DNA of 60,546 bases, the filler included, from Basidiobolus meristosporus CBS 931.73 (lineage: Eukaryota; Fungi; Basidiobolomycota): NCBI GenBank assembly GCA_002104905.1. It is 3 parts of 3 records of this genome, joined end to end, with 100 filler letters (N's around TTAATTAATTAA, not from the genome) between each part and the next. Parts side by side here need not be neighbours in the genome. Positions count along the whole stretch, not along the records: positions 1 to 16,517 come from MCFE01001120.1; 2 more parts are not named here. One strand, given 5' to 3'. The notes beneath the pieces were generated by a model, which ran no database searches, was not told the DNA's origin, and worked only from the letters and a program-made list of their open reading frames with translations. The position numbers were made by a program, and so were the translations under genes. This document shows positions 1-12,719 of this stretch, in pieces. The number at the start of each line of letters is the position of its first letter. The stretch's first letter is position 1.

Positions 1-104
1 AGCTTCTTAATGCCAAGAGCGTAGCTTTATGAGAAATTATTGTGATGATCCTTTAAAAAGGCCCTCACAGAACTAAAGTCCTGTGATTAGGAGGCACTGT
101 TCCT

Positions 105-2146
105 GTCAGGACACCATGCAGCAACTGTTGAAAAATAATTGCACCCCAGATTTCACAAAAAAACTTGGTCATTTTTCATCACAACAATATATCAATGGCT
201 TTTGATTGGTTCCCTGCCAATTTGCTCACTTTCTAATCCCTGACACTTGATCACCTCTTATATTTGTGTACATTGATTAGCTATTGCCTCTTCTTCCCAC
301 TCCTTACTTGCTGATTCAACCATTTCTCCTACTTTTTATGCATTCAAATTGATTTATTTCTGTTGAAGCTTCAGTTGTAACTCAATTGCCAATTTTACTG
401 CCTACACAAGTCCCTACACCCTACACTAACATTAAGCCCAACCCCACACTCAACAAGTAACTTCATTATAATCAACTGCTCAATCAGTACTCCTGCTGCA
501 ATTCTCTGTTTCCATGACCCTGTTGGAAACCAAGCAGCTTTATGTCACTGTTCATTCACTGGTTCCCACATGTCCTGGTCCTCAGCCAGCACTGCAAGGT
601 CTGGCACTTCATCTGCCAGTCTTTACAATAAGTCCTTGCAATATTCAAGTGTGTTTTCTTGAGCACTGCTCTTGAAGAAGTGTTGCAACCTCCTGGTGTT
701 GCTATAAATGTTCCAATATTCTACTGAAGGCATTGTGATAGTTCTCTGAGCTCTTGATGTTGTAGCTTTGTCTGTCAGTGGGATCTCCACTCTGTCAACA
801 ATGGAGGATGTGAAGGCTTTAGTAGACAAATTACCTTTCTCTGCAAACTCTCTACCTTGCTGGAGTGTAGCTCAACTGCCTGTACTTCCAACTCTTGTGA
901 AGAGAACTGTTTTCTTGTTGGTGATTCTTTTTGGCTATGATGGAATTCTGTCTGTTCTGGGCTTAAGGCGTCTATTGGCAAGAACTGCTGTTTTTTTGCA
1001 TGCTTTGCTCTCTCAGCCTTGGGTAGACACTCTTCCATTTACCTTTTCCTTTATCACTGCCAGGTCTTTCACTGTTACCTTGTTGGAATGCTTCTTGTAA
1101 TGAGCTATGTTTTCTCCTTGATAAATTCTGCTCTGACGCATTTGTTTTGGCCTGCTTGTCCCTTGCTGGCATTCTTCTGGCAGCCTGATGCATCTTTAAT
1201 GTTTGTTTTGAGCTCTTGGCCATAGTTGTGATGGGCTCCTGAGAAAGCCTCTGTTTTTTATCACTGCCAGGTCCTTCCCTGCTACTTTGACTGAGTGCTT
1301 CTTGAGTAGTTCTATACCTTTTCCTAGATAAATGTTGTGCTGGGGCATTCATGTCTGCCTGCTTGTCTCTTATTGGCACTCTTCCAGCTGCCTGACATCT
1401 CTTTGACACTTGCTTAGAGTGTTTGGCCTTGCTTGTAACAGGCTCTTTAAGAGGATGCTGCCTTTTAGCCATGGCACCCTGGCTATTCTGCCTGTGATAG
1501 TTTGTGCTATTCTTAAGATACTTTCTTAGTATACCAATGCTGGCCCAAAATCTGTTTGCCCATTTGAATCCAAGAAAATGCTCATGGAACAAGTCAAGCA
1601 CATTCTGCTTGGCCTTGAGCTGATGATGATCCCATGGAATGCTAGCCTGGAGGTGATGGCATGATAGACTTCTGACAACCTCATGAATATTAGCCCACTC
1701 TTCATTATTGCACTCAATGGCTTCACAGATCTTCAATGTCTATTGATTTTATGCTTTGGCATAAACACTACATTGCCTTCCTCCCATGCTGTGATAGGTT
1801 TTTTGGTGGGCTTTTCTTTTGGCACTGTTGTCATGCTTCAAAGGCTATATGGTGTTCATCTGCTGTTATACTTGGAAATGACTCAATTCTTGGCTGTGAT
1901 ATTGAGCCACTTGAGTTCCTTCTTTGCAGCAAAGATCCATATGAAAAATCCCAAACTTGGAATTCATTTGATTTTTGGCTGGTATTCTATTGGTATTCTT
2001 ATGGTATTCTGCTGGTATTCAGCTGAAGATTTGGGTTCAAGATTTCAAATGTAATTTTTGATAGAAGTAATGGGCAGCTAATAACCAAATTTGGCATAGA
2101 TATTAGTTGGTCTAGTCTCCTCCTGGAGAGTTTGGTTGCTTGCCTG
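105..2146 (-). mobile_element. Degenerate repeat carrying uncharacterised TE-associated 'ORF-X', copy 1, 3' part
   Basis: ORFs 972-1736 and 623-829 are homologous to ~10795-12712 (-) and ~24650-26350 (+). Interrupted at 2147 by copia A. CpG-depleted. Confidence 0.7.
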
Positions 2147-2515
2147 TGTTGCAATTTAAGAAGTGATATGGATATAAGGAACTTATCAAGAAATAGTGAT
2201 AATAGTTGAACTGTTGTTTATTCATAAAGATGCTCAGTATTTATACCTTTGTAGAAGTAATACAGCTGCAACACTAAGTAGGGAGGGTTTCTCAATATTC
2301 AGGAGCATTCTGTAACAGTTTCAGGGTTAGTACATAATGTTTGGTAATAGTGCTAATTTGATCCTGACTATAGGGGAATAATCATAAGATCATATATTTG
2401 GAGAAAGTGGCAAAGTTAAGGCAGTAAATGAGTCCTACAGTGACTAAGACTAGTCTAGAATTGTTAAGTAAATTTTTAGCTGCTGAATGATACCAAATAG
2501 TCCAATATTTCAACA
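2147..2515 (-). repeat. 3' LTR of copia A copy 1
   Basis: TGTTG...CAACA; 7 differences in 369 bp versus 7526-7894 by eye (~98%); no CG dinucleotide seen. Confidence 0.97.
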
Positions 2516-2703
2516 CTCCCCCACAACTAAATAATTTCTTAATCCCAATTTCTCTCTAAGGATCTCAAACTGTGGCCTAGCTAGTGGTTTTGTCAATATG
2601 TCTGCCACCATTTTGTCAGTTGGGCAGTAAACCAGCTCCACTAAGTTATTTTCTACAGCTTCCCTCACAAAGTGATGCTGTATATCAATGTGCTTGGTTC
2701 CGG

Positions 2704-3774
2704 TGTAGTAGGGTGACAGTGACACCCACTGACAGATGTGCTCATTCCCTTATTTTCTACTTCCCTATATCCCTACTACACTCATTTTAGTTTTATCCCA
2801 TTTGTCTTACCCAATCAGTACTATCCCATAAGCCGGTTGACTATCACACCTGCTTACCTTATTGCATAAGTTACCCCTCACTTTATATAAGATTACTAGT
2901 TACAAGTGCTTCTATATTAGGCAAGTACCCGCGCCAGTACCTGTGACACATGATCAACCCGTGTCACCATCCCTACCATTTCCATACCATATATGGTATC
3001 CCCATGTTACACAGGTTTCAGAATACTGATTCCTGATTGGTTGGATGTGCTGTGCCTCTTAGAACCTTCCGGCACCTACTTAGAACATTCTTAGGTCATT
3101 CTGATGTCATTAAGATTTCTATTGAACTCCGGAACCTTCTGGAACACCATGATTAGTAATCACTTAGCCAGTGAGAAAAGTATATAAGGGAGGCTATCCC
3201 TCAACAATAAATCATCATCCCTTTTATCAATATACCGACTTGTTGATTAGTGTGATCACTGCTACCTGCTGCTACCTGAACTTCCAACCCTAGACCACAG
3301 GACACTCCCAGGAAACCGCGCTGACAGCCAACTGACCTTGGAGGCACTACTTGTGAGGAATACTCAGAGTAGGTATCTTTTATTATATTTGATTCTTTCC
3401 CAAGTTTGTTCTTGTACAGGCAAAGATACTTCTCTGTCTTTGTAACTATTGACCAAAGCTGCATTCTTATCAAGTCCCTGCTGGTGGAGTTTACAGTTGT
3501 TTTGACTTTGGAAGCTTTAGTACATTGTCATCTCAAAGGACGCTGAACCCAGCACATACTTTTGTTAAGACGCCAACTAAGTTGGGGATTGTAGCTCAAT
3601 AGTTTTCCCTTGACAAGCTTGTGGCTTTATTCCCCTTCACATTAGATTAGAGACAGAGCCCAAGTATTCCTAGCAAGCTTTTGCCAGAGGTTATTGCACC
3701 CAGTGAACACCCAACACACAAAACACTTGAGAAGTGTTGGACGTATCTCTCCCTTGGACTTATACACCACCACA
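2704..3774 (+). mobile_element. Solo LTR, family C copy 1 (1071 bp), inserted in the copia A RNase H; orientation inferred from TATA
   Basis: TGTAG...CCACA termini; 4-bp TSD CCGG (2700-2703, 3775-3778); splits ARNPTDHA|GTKHID; TATATAA at 3181. The 4-bp TSD suggests a Ty3/gypsy type, but no internal region is seen. Confidence 0.9.
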
Positions 3775-6700
3775 CCGGCATGATCAGTAGGATTTCTAGC
3801 TAATGAAATACAACTTTGATTATCCTTGTAAATACATGTTGGTTCACCTGAATTAAAACCTAAGTCTTTGAATAATTTTTGTAGCCATATAGCCTCCTTA
3901 GTTGCTTGACATGCAGCCATATATTTGGCTTCAGTTGTAGATAGTGCCACAGTTGGTTGTTTCTTGCAATATCAAGTAATAGCTGCACCAGCATAAAGAA
4001 ATACATAGCCTGTGGTAGAGCGTCTGTTAATCAGATCCCTACCCCAATCTGAATCACTATAACCATTAAATTTTTGCCTATTAGCTGCTCCAGAGTATTC
4101 CAGTACCATATTTATGGTTCCTTGTAGATATCTGAAAATCCGCTTAACTGCTGCAATTTGATCTGATCCATAATTCTGCATGAATTGACTCACTATTCCA
4201 ACTGCTACTGCAATATCTGGACATGTAGACACCATCAAGTACATTAGGCTACCAACCATGGATTGATAGGGAAAGTTTTGGTCCATATTTGAGCCATTTT
4301 CATCTATAACTGGCTGAGATTTGCTTAATTTCAGGTTATTGTCCATAGGGGTTGCTGCAGGTTTGCAATTTTCCATTTTGAAGCGTCTAAGAATGTCCCT
4401 GATGTACTTAGACTGATTCAGCACAATTTTCTGCGTAGGTATGTCAAATTTGACCTCAATTCCAAGAAAATAGCTCAATTTTCCAAGATCTTTCATCTCA
4501 AACTTGCTGAAGAGATCTGATTTCGTCTGTTTAAGTGCCTCTTGGTCACTTGTAACTATAATTAGGTTGTCCACATGAAGAACTAGGATGATCACACCCT
4601 TTTTGAGCTGTTTCACATGTATACTGTGATCTGCAGTGCTACAAGAGAACCCAATTTCCTCTAGATATGTGTCAATCTTGTTATACCATGCTCTGGGTGC
4701 CTGCTTAAGCCCATACAACAATTTTCTAAGTTTGCACACCTTATGGGGGCTTTTTGGATTGGTAAAACCTTCTGGTTGCTCCAAATATATAGTTTCTTGC
4801 AAATCCCCATTTAGAAAGGCTGTTTTGACGTCCATTTGGTGTAGATCTAGACTGTGTACAGCTGCCAGGGCTAGAACTGTCCTAATAGAGTTAAACTTGG
4901 CAACCGGAGCAAATGTTTCCTTAAAGTCTAGTCCCTGGACCTGGGAATAGCCTTTAGCTACAAATCTAGCCTTGTACTTATCAACGGCACCATTTGAGGT
5001 AATCTTGATCTTGTAGACACATCTACATCCTATTGGCTTTCTCCCATTTGGTAAATCTACCAGTTCCCACATTTTTGCCTTGATCAGTGATTGGTACTCC
5101 TCCTGCATAGCTTGTTGCCACTTAGTAGCATCTGGACCTTGCATTGCCTGTTCCAGATTCTGAGGCTTGGCACATAAGGCAAGATAAGCTTCTTCATGAT
5201 CATTGGATGTCTGCCACCAGGATCCAGGTGCATTTCTTATTCTGGTAGATCTCCTAACTGGGATAATCTGTTCTGATCTGGAACTGGTAGAAGTATTTTC
5301 CATCTCTGGCTGGATTTGGTACGTATCTTCTTCATTTGTGTTGTTTGCATCATCAGGCAGCTGGCCAATGATTTCCGTGGCTTTCTGATCTGAATTCTCC
5401 TCAAATACAACATCCCTGCTCTTGATCAGCTTCTGAATTTTGCCATCATACACTCTATACCCTTTAGTATCTTCACAATACCCAAGAAAGATCCCTTTCT
5501 ACTCTTTGGTTCCAACTTTGAGCGTTTTTTGTCAGGGATGTGATAAAAAACATCACTGCCAGGATCCTGAGGTGCTGGAGATCTGGTTTTTTGCCTGTAT
5601 ATGCTTCAAAGGGTGTAGAATCACGTAGTGCTGTTGTTGGGCATCTGTTCGTGATGTATACAGCGGCAGCAACAGATTCAGCCCAAAACTTGGAGTCCAT
5701 TCCCTTATCATGTAGCATAGATCTTCCCATCTCTACTATTGTTCTATTTGCACATTCTGCTACTCCATTTTGCTGTGGAGTATGAGGAACTGTGGTCTGA
5801 TGAAGTATACCAGTAGACAAGCAGTATTTTGCAAACTCCTTTGAGCAGTATTCTCCTCCATTGTCACTTTGTAGTACCTTCAATTTACACCCAGTTTGTG
5901 TTTTTGCCATGTTCTTGAAGTGCTTAAACGTCTCCAAAGCTTCATCCTTTGTTTTGAGGAAGTACACCCATGTATATCTTGTCTTGTCATCAATAAATGT
6001 CATAAAGTATCTCTTGGCTCCAAAGGACAGTGTTCTCATGTGACCACATATGTCTGAATGTACAATAGCCAATATTTCGGTGGTATTGATGCCTTCTGAG
6101 CTCTTGAAATGTTGCCTAGCTTGTTTGCCATATGAACATCTCTTACAAACATTCAATTTGATTGGAATTGATTATTTTAGGCCCAAAACAAGCTGATTTT
6201 TCACCAATTGGCTCATTTTCTGTTCCCCTATGTGTCCTAGCCTCCTATGCCATGTCTCCCAGTTGGTTTCATCAGCTCCAGCAATGTCAACATACTCAGG
6301 TACAGTGATCTTGCATTGTAACTTGAACATATTGTGATCTCTAATTCCCAAAGCTGATTTTTGTCCATTTTCACTCAATATTGAGCAGCTCAGCTTAGTA
6401 AAAACAAATTTCAGTCCCTGAGTAGTTGCTTTACTGACTGAGAGTAGGTTCTTAGCTATTCCAGGTACATAGAGTACGTCAGTCAGTTTTGCTGTTGTTG
6501 CCCCTGAGTTATCACTCATATTTAGTTGTATAGACCCACTGGCGGTAGCTTCCAATGCAGAGTTATCTCCCAGATAAACCTTTCTTACGGGAATAGTCTT
6601 TAAGTTGCTGAACCAATCCATTATACCACCAATATGCTGTGATGCTCCAGAGTCAATATACCATTCATTACTTTGGTTACTTGCACTCTCTTGTACAGTG

Positions 6701-7510
6701 ACAAATAACTGTTCATCAGTAGTTATATGGTTTGCCTGCTCTAGTTTCTGTTTTTTGTCTGCTTGTTTCTTCTTGCATTCTCTTGCCCAGTGTCCTGGCT
6801 TCTTACAGTAGTTACAGCAGCCAGGTTTTCTTCGGTTTTGTTGCTTTCCCTTCTTTTCTGTATGCCTTTAAAGCATTATCTTCAGTTTTCTCTGCTTGAT
6901 CATAACGTTTGAGTTCTTCATGGAGAAGTCTTCCTTTGACATAGTCTAAGGTCAAGTTGTCTTCTCTGCTTTCAAAAGAAAGTATGAGTGGCTCATACTT
7001 GTCTGGTAGGCTGCAAAGCAGACAGAGTATCTTTTATTCATCATCTACACCAGCATTAATACTGTAAAGTTCTTCTGCAAGTGTCTCCATTCTGTTAATG
7101 AGTTGTAGCATGTCATCATCTGGCTTTTTTCTCATGTTGAAGAACTTTTGTTTCAAATAAAGCTTGCTTGATACTGACTTTGCTCTAAAGATCTTCTCTA
7201 AGGATTCCCATGCTGCTTTGGCAGTATTTGAGGCATGGATTTGTCCAATGAAGGAGTCTTGCACATTGATGCATATTGCATTGAAGGCCTTTCTCTCCTT
7301 CTCTTGAAACTTCTCCACATCTTCTGCTATTCCTGTGGGCTCAACTTCCTTTCCTGTTACTATGTTCCAAAGCTTTCTTTCCTCAAGGTGGATCTGCATC
7401 TTGATTCTCCAAAGTCTGTAGTTCTTCTAATCAAACCTCTCCTTTACAGGGAAGATGTTGGTATTGCTTTGTTTGCTGGTAGAAGTCATCTTTAGAATAG
7501 ATTAAGGCAA

Positions 7511-7525
7511 TTGGGGCTCATAACC
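7511..7525 (-). promoter_or_regulatory. Primer-binding site GGTTATGAGCCCCAA (half initiator-tRNA-Met type)
   Basis: Directly abuts the 5' LTR; same type as the Ty5 and Drosophila copia internal tRNAi-Met PBS. Confidence 0.85.
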
Positions 7526-7894
7526 TGTTGCAATTTAAGAAGTGATTTGGATATAAGGAACTGATCAAGAAATAGTGATAATAGTTGAACTGTTGTTTAT
7601 TCATAAAGATGCTCAGTATTTATACCTTTGTAGAAGTAATACAGCTGCAACACTAAGTAGGGAGGGTTTCTCAATATTCAGGAGCATTCTGTAACAGTTT
7701 CAGGGTTAGTACATAATGTTTGGTAATAGTGCTAATTTGATCCTGACTATAGGGGAATAATCATAAGATCATATATCTGGAGAAAATGGCAAAGTTAAGG
7801 CAGTAAATGAGTCCTACAGTGACTAAGACTAGCCTAGAATTGTAAAGTAAATTTTTAGCTGCTGAATGATACCAAATAGTCCACTATTTCAACA
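7526..7894 (-). repeat. 5' LTR of copia A copy 1
   Basis: Pairs with 2147-2515; followed by TSD GCCTG. Confidence 0.97.
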
Positions 7895-8516
7895 GCCTGC
7901 ACATTAGCTAACAGCAGAGATAATGAAAGTTATCAATTTTGAGAATCTTGGAATTCAGCTGTTATTATGAAGGTTTTTGCTGGCCTTTTCTTAATTTTTT
8001 TCTTAGGGGTTACTGCTTTCTCTATCTGGAGTATTGATTGCTATGCACACATTATCTGCTCATCTGGTTTCTGGGTTATTTCCTGACTTCTCTGGGCCAT
8101 TGCATCTATCCTATCAGCCATTGTGCCTAGTTGATTCACTAATGCTTTGGTGTGAACTGATAGCATACTTGCTAATATGGGTGGTGGTGATGTAATAACA
8201 GCCACTTGCTTATCTTCAACTGTAGGTACTGCATGTGCTATACTCTTGGCTGCCTGAGCATAATGATCAGCTTGCGGCTCCACAAAGATCCTTAATTGCC
8301 TACTTGAGTGAGAGCCTGAGGAGTCTTCATTATTACCTTCAGTGGGCAGACTTTCAACATTGCCTCTCTGGATATTGCCCAGCTTGTTGCACTGAATGCC
8401 AAAGCAAGCTGTTGTCCAACTGCTCTTGTGCCCCCATCGGTTGTGGGACTTGGTTGGGAACCAGACAACTTTGCTTTATTTTTTGGCAGCATATATATAG
8501 ACATTAGTTGAACCAA
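7895..8516 (-). mobile_element. ORF-X repeat copy 1, 5' part (continues 105-2146 across the copia insertion)
   Basis: ORF 8041-8283 (QLGTMADRIDAMAQRSQEITQK) matches 12406-12708 and ~24960-25100. ORF 8292-8516 matches ~24700-24850. Confidence 0.7.
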
Positions 8517-10300
8517 AGGAGAAATAGTGTTATCTATATGTGTGTATGTGGTGCCACTGCTTTATTTATAATGCTTACCATGATGGGTCATCATTGCATC
8601 CCACATTCTTATGACCCAGAGACTGTGCTGATTCCAGCATATGTTAACAGTTGCATGGCATTCATATCCAAAAATGCTACCATTGAAATACATCCAAAAT
8701 GTCAGGAATGCACCACCATTGAGGGAAAACATTATTCACACTCCAGATATATTGCAATAATACCCCATCTCAAGAAGCTCATGCAGTCCAACAAATATTG
8801 CAAAGCTATAGAGAACTGCACTCAGTATCAACAAGTGGAAGCATATGCAATATATTCAATTGCAAACATTACAAACAGCTAAGAAGCAAGGGCTACTTTG
8901 AGGGTACAAATAGCCCTGCCTTTGCCTTATCACTTGATGGATTCTCATCAAGCTAGTACACTGCCAGCAAATCCTGCTGGCCATTGATTCTCATCAACCT
9001 GAATCTGCCACTTATCTTATGATATCAAAGCAAAAATCCTGTGGTAGTCTCACTGGTATCTGGCCTAAACACCGTCCAACCTGGATAGTTACCTGTATCT
9101 ATTGCTGGATGATTCTTGTATGCTTTCCAGCAGGATACCACTAAATGGTGGTCATGTCAAAGCACATATTGGTATCTGCATTGGAGACACCGCAGCAATC
9201 AGCAAGATAGCCAGCTTTTCTGGGCACAATGGATGGTATTGCTATGGACTGTGCAAGATCCAGGGGATTTACTCCATAATTCACACACAATATTAATACC
9301 CAAACACCAACACCAAGAACATTGTCTTTCCACAGAGAGAATGTACAGTAGTCAGCAGGCAATTGCAGCAAAGCTGGCAAGCTATAAGCCACCAGCCAGG
9401 ATATGGAATCAATAAGAAGCTGGAGACATGTAAGATAGAGGGTACCTATTGAAGCAAATGCATTCCACTGAGAGCAATGCATTGGCTTTTAAGCAATATC
9501 CCTATATCAATAGCCAAGTAGTACATAGAGCACATCAAGCTAAAAGAGCCCTTTGAGATACCAGAGAAATTTGAAAGAAGTGGCAAGATATTACCAAGTA
9601 TATACTACCTTAAGTACTTTCATGGGCTCCAATCAGTATTCATATGCAAATGCAACAGTATATATGCAAAGGCTGCATGAAATGAATATGTATTTATTCA
9701 GGAGGCATTCTGAAGCCATTTCTACCAAGTGTACATTGGAAGCATTGGGAGTCATATGTGGACATTTTAGGGATAATTATCCCAAAGTTGATCACCAATG
9801 CCAACTTGACACATCTCCAGCTGTTGTGCAAGGAGTTTGTAACAGGATTTGAGTGGCTATACTACAAACATATAGCTGAATGCATAGATCTCTGCAGCTA
9901 CTGTATCCATTCTCTACACCATCTTGCATGGTGTGTGGACAATATTGGGCCTTGCCTCACCTTTTGGGAGATATCTATGTAGCAAATGTGTGGGGAAATA
10001 GGAAGACTAGTCAAGTTGCAGGTACTACTCTATCCTAAACTCATCAAGAATATTACCTCAAGTCCATCATGGATGTGATGCAATGGTACATGGAGGACAG
10101 CCAGGAAGAGTTGGGAAATACTAAGGATAGATGTGAACATGGAGTCACCTATGCCTATGGAATTAAGATGCTAAGCAGCCCCATTGCATGGGCAATCAGT
10201 TAAGTAAAGCAAAGTTGGGTTGGGTGCAACAAGCAACTAATTTCTATCAGGAAAGCTTTACCAAGGTATGCTGGGCTTCTCTTGGTCACAAGCCAACTTT
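8508..10300 (+). pseudogene. Degenerate CACTA/EnSpm (Transposase_21/Tnp2-like) transposase
   Basis: Fragments YVNSCMAF..HPKCQEC..YIAIIPHLKKL (8508-8882), GDTAAISKIASFSGHNGWYCYGLCKIQG (9102-9296) and FVTGFEWLYY..CIHSLHHLA..IGP..FWEISM (9758-9982) match CACTA transposase motifs in the expected order. Many stops; no TIR found. Confidence 0.75.
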
Positions 10301-10794
10301 AACACCATTCAATACAGAATTCACACAAACAGGAGCTAGAGCATACATATAAGGGGGACTAGATTCCAGCAAGGAGAAGGAATATGTTGGCTAACAACCC
10401 AAAAGTTCTTGGCAGATTTTTGGGAGGTTTTAATGGCAGAAGTGGTGCCAACCAAGCATATGTCTACAAGAAGTATACATTGCCAGCAGTATAAGGTATA
10501 TGGCAACTTTGCAAGTATCACATAAAAAAGACAGAAAGCTGAGGTAGTACAAGTAAGTCAATTGTGGTAGGTGTGTGCATTTGTAGAGATTGGTGAGCAG
10601 GGGGCCACAGTTATTTATGATTGAACCAGATGTGGAATACCCAAGGTAGTGTTGGGCAAACAAACAATGAGGGGTGATTCTACAGTGTAATATATGAATT
10701 GCACAAGGGGAGGTGGAAAAAAGAAATACCATTTGGTAAATTGGTACGGTAGCACTCTACAGAACCAGCTATAGGCCACCATACTGCCATTTAG

Positions 10795-12712
10795 GATACC
10801 ATGCAAAGACCTTCAAAAATTAATTGCACCTCTGATTTCACAAAAAACATGGTCAAATTTTTTATCACAGTGATATAAAGGTGGCTTTTGATTGGTTCCC
10901 GGCCAATTAGCTCACTTTCTGATCTCAGATACTCAATCACCTCATAGGTTTGTGTACATTGATTGGCTATTGCCTCTTTTCACATTCCTTACTTCCTGAC
11001 TGCACAGTTTCTTTCACTTTCATGCATACAACTTTGAAGCTTCAGTTGTATCTGAATTGCCAATTGCAATGACCTATGCAAGTCCCTATACTCTATACTA
11101 ACATTAGGCCCAACCCCACTTAACATGTAACTCCATTAAAATCCCCTAATCTACATGTATTTTGGCTGTAATGCTTTGTTTCCAGGAATTTGACAGGAAC
11201 CCAACAGCTTTATGCCACTGTTCATTCACTGGTCCCCACATGTCCTGGCCTTCAGCTTGCACTGCAAGGTCTAGCACTTCATCTGCCAGTCTTTGCAATA
11301 AGTCCTTGTAATATCCGAGTGTGTTTTCTTAAGCACTGCTCTTGAAGAAGTGCTGCAACCTCTTGGTGTAGCTATTGGTGTTCCAAAACTCCACTGAAGG
11401 CATTGTGATAGTTTATCACATTCTTGACTTAATATCCTTGTTTGTCAGTGGGATCTCCACTCTGTCAATAATGAAGGATGTGGAGGCTGTGGTAGACAAG
11501 TTGCTTTTCTCTGCAATCATATCCACCTTGCAAGAGTGTAGCTCAACTGCCTGTTTTTCAACTCTTGTGAAAGCAGCTGTTTTTGTGATAGTAATTCTTC
11601 TTGATTCTGATGGAATTCAGTCTACTCAGGTATATGGTTTTAATTGGCAAGAACTGCTGTTTTTTTTGCAAGCTTCCCTATCTCAGGTTTGAGTTAACTG
11701 TTTTCCTTTACCTCTCCATTATCACTGCCAGGTCTTTGACTGATACTTTGTCTGAGGGCTTCTTGTACTGAACTACATTTTCTCCTTGTCAAATACTTCT
11801 CTAACACATCTATTTAGCCTGCTGTCCCTTACTGGCACACTTCTGGCAACCAGAAGTATTTTGTTCAAGCTCTCAGCTGTAGTGGTGACAGGCTCCTGGG
11901 AAAACTGCTGGTTTGATTACTGCCAGGCTCTTCAATGCTACTTTAACTCAGCACTTATTGAGTGGTACTATGCTCTTTGCTTCACAAATCCTGTGCTGGT
12001 GCATCCGTGTATACTTACTTGTCCCTTATAGGCACTCTTCCAGCTATCTGACATATCTTTGATGCTTATTTCAAGCTTTTGGCCCTGCTTGTAATAGGCT
12101 TACAAGGAAGACACTGGTTTTTAGTCGTGGCACCCTTATTCTTCTGCCATTGATAGCTTCTGCTATTCTTGGGATTCATAGCATACTAATGTGGGCCTAA
12201 AGCCTGTTTGCCTGTTTGAATCCAGGATAATGCACATGGAACAATTCTGCTTGACCTTGAGTTCCTGATGGACCCATGGAGTACCACCCTCAAGGTGAAG
12301 GCATGCTAGACTTCTTACAGCCTATTCAGTATTGACCCATGCTTCATTATTGTGCTCAATGGCTTCACAGATCTTGAGTACCTTTTGATTTTTAGGCCTT
12401 GCTATCTACATTATACTATCTCCTTCCCACTTTGCAATAGGTTTTTCTGTGGGCTTTATCTTTGGGCACTGTTGTTGTGCTTCAACAACTGTATGGTGTT
12501 CCTCTGCTGTTATACTGGGAAATGGCTCAATTCTTGGCTGTGACATCAAGCTACTTGAGTTCCTTCTTTGCAGCTCAGATACTGCTTTCTCTACCTGGGA
12601 TATTAATTGCTCTACACCTTGTATCTGCTCATCCTGTTTCTGGGCAATTTCCAGATTTCTCTGGGCCATTGCATCTATCCTATCAGCCACTGCACCTAAT
12701 TGCATCACTAAT
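10795..12712 (-). mobile_element. ORF-X repeat copy 2, convergent with the CACTA transposase
   Basis: Colinear with 105-2050; truncated at ~12712 by copia A copy 2 sequence. Confidence 0.7.
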
Positions 12713-12719
12713 GTACTAA

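Larger units (their letters stand above)
2147..7894 (-). mobile_element. Full-length but decayed Ty1/copia LTR retrotransposon, family A copy 1
   Basis: 369-bp TG..CA LTRs at 2147-2515 and 7526-7894; 5-bp TSD GCCTG (2142-2146, 7895-7899); PBS next to the 5' LTR; PPT GTGGGGGAG next to the 3' LTR. Copia domain order on -: gag (7034-7399), CCHC knuckle (~6770-6820), protease/GAG-pre-integrase (6172-6621), integrase (5473-6156, HSDICG, LQSDNGGEY), RT (3972-5453), RNase H (3642-3950, 2510-2725). Broken by stops/frameshifts. Confidence 0.97.

Noticed and set aside
3201-3473. ORF repeated at 17823-18026 (-) within LTR C
   Set aside because: Copies share it only because the DNA is near-identical; start and length differ and there is no domain signal.
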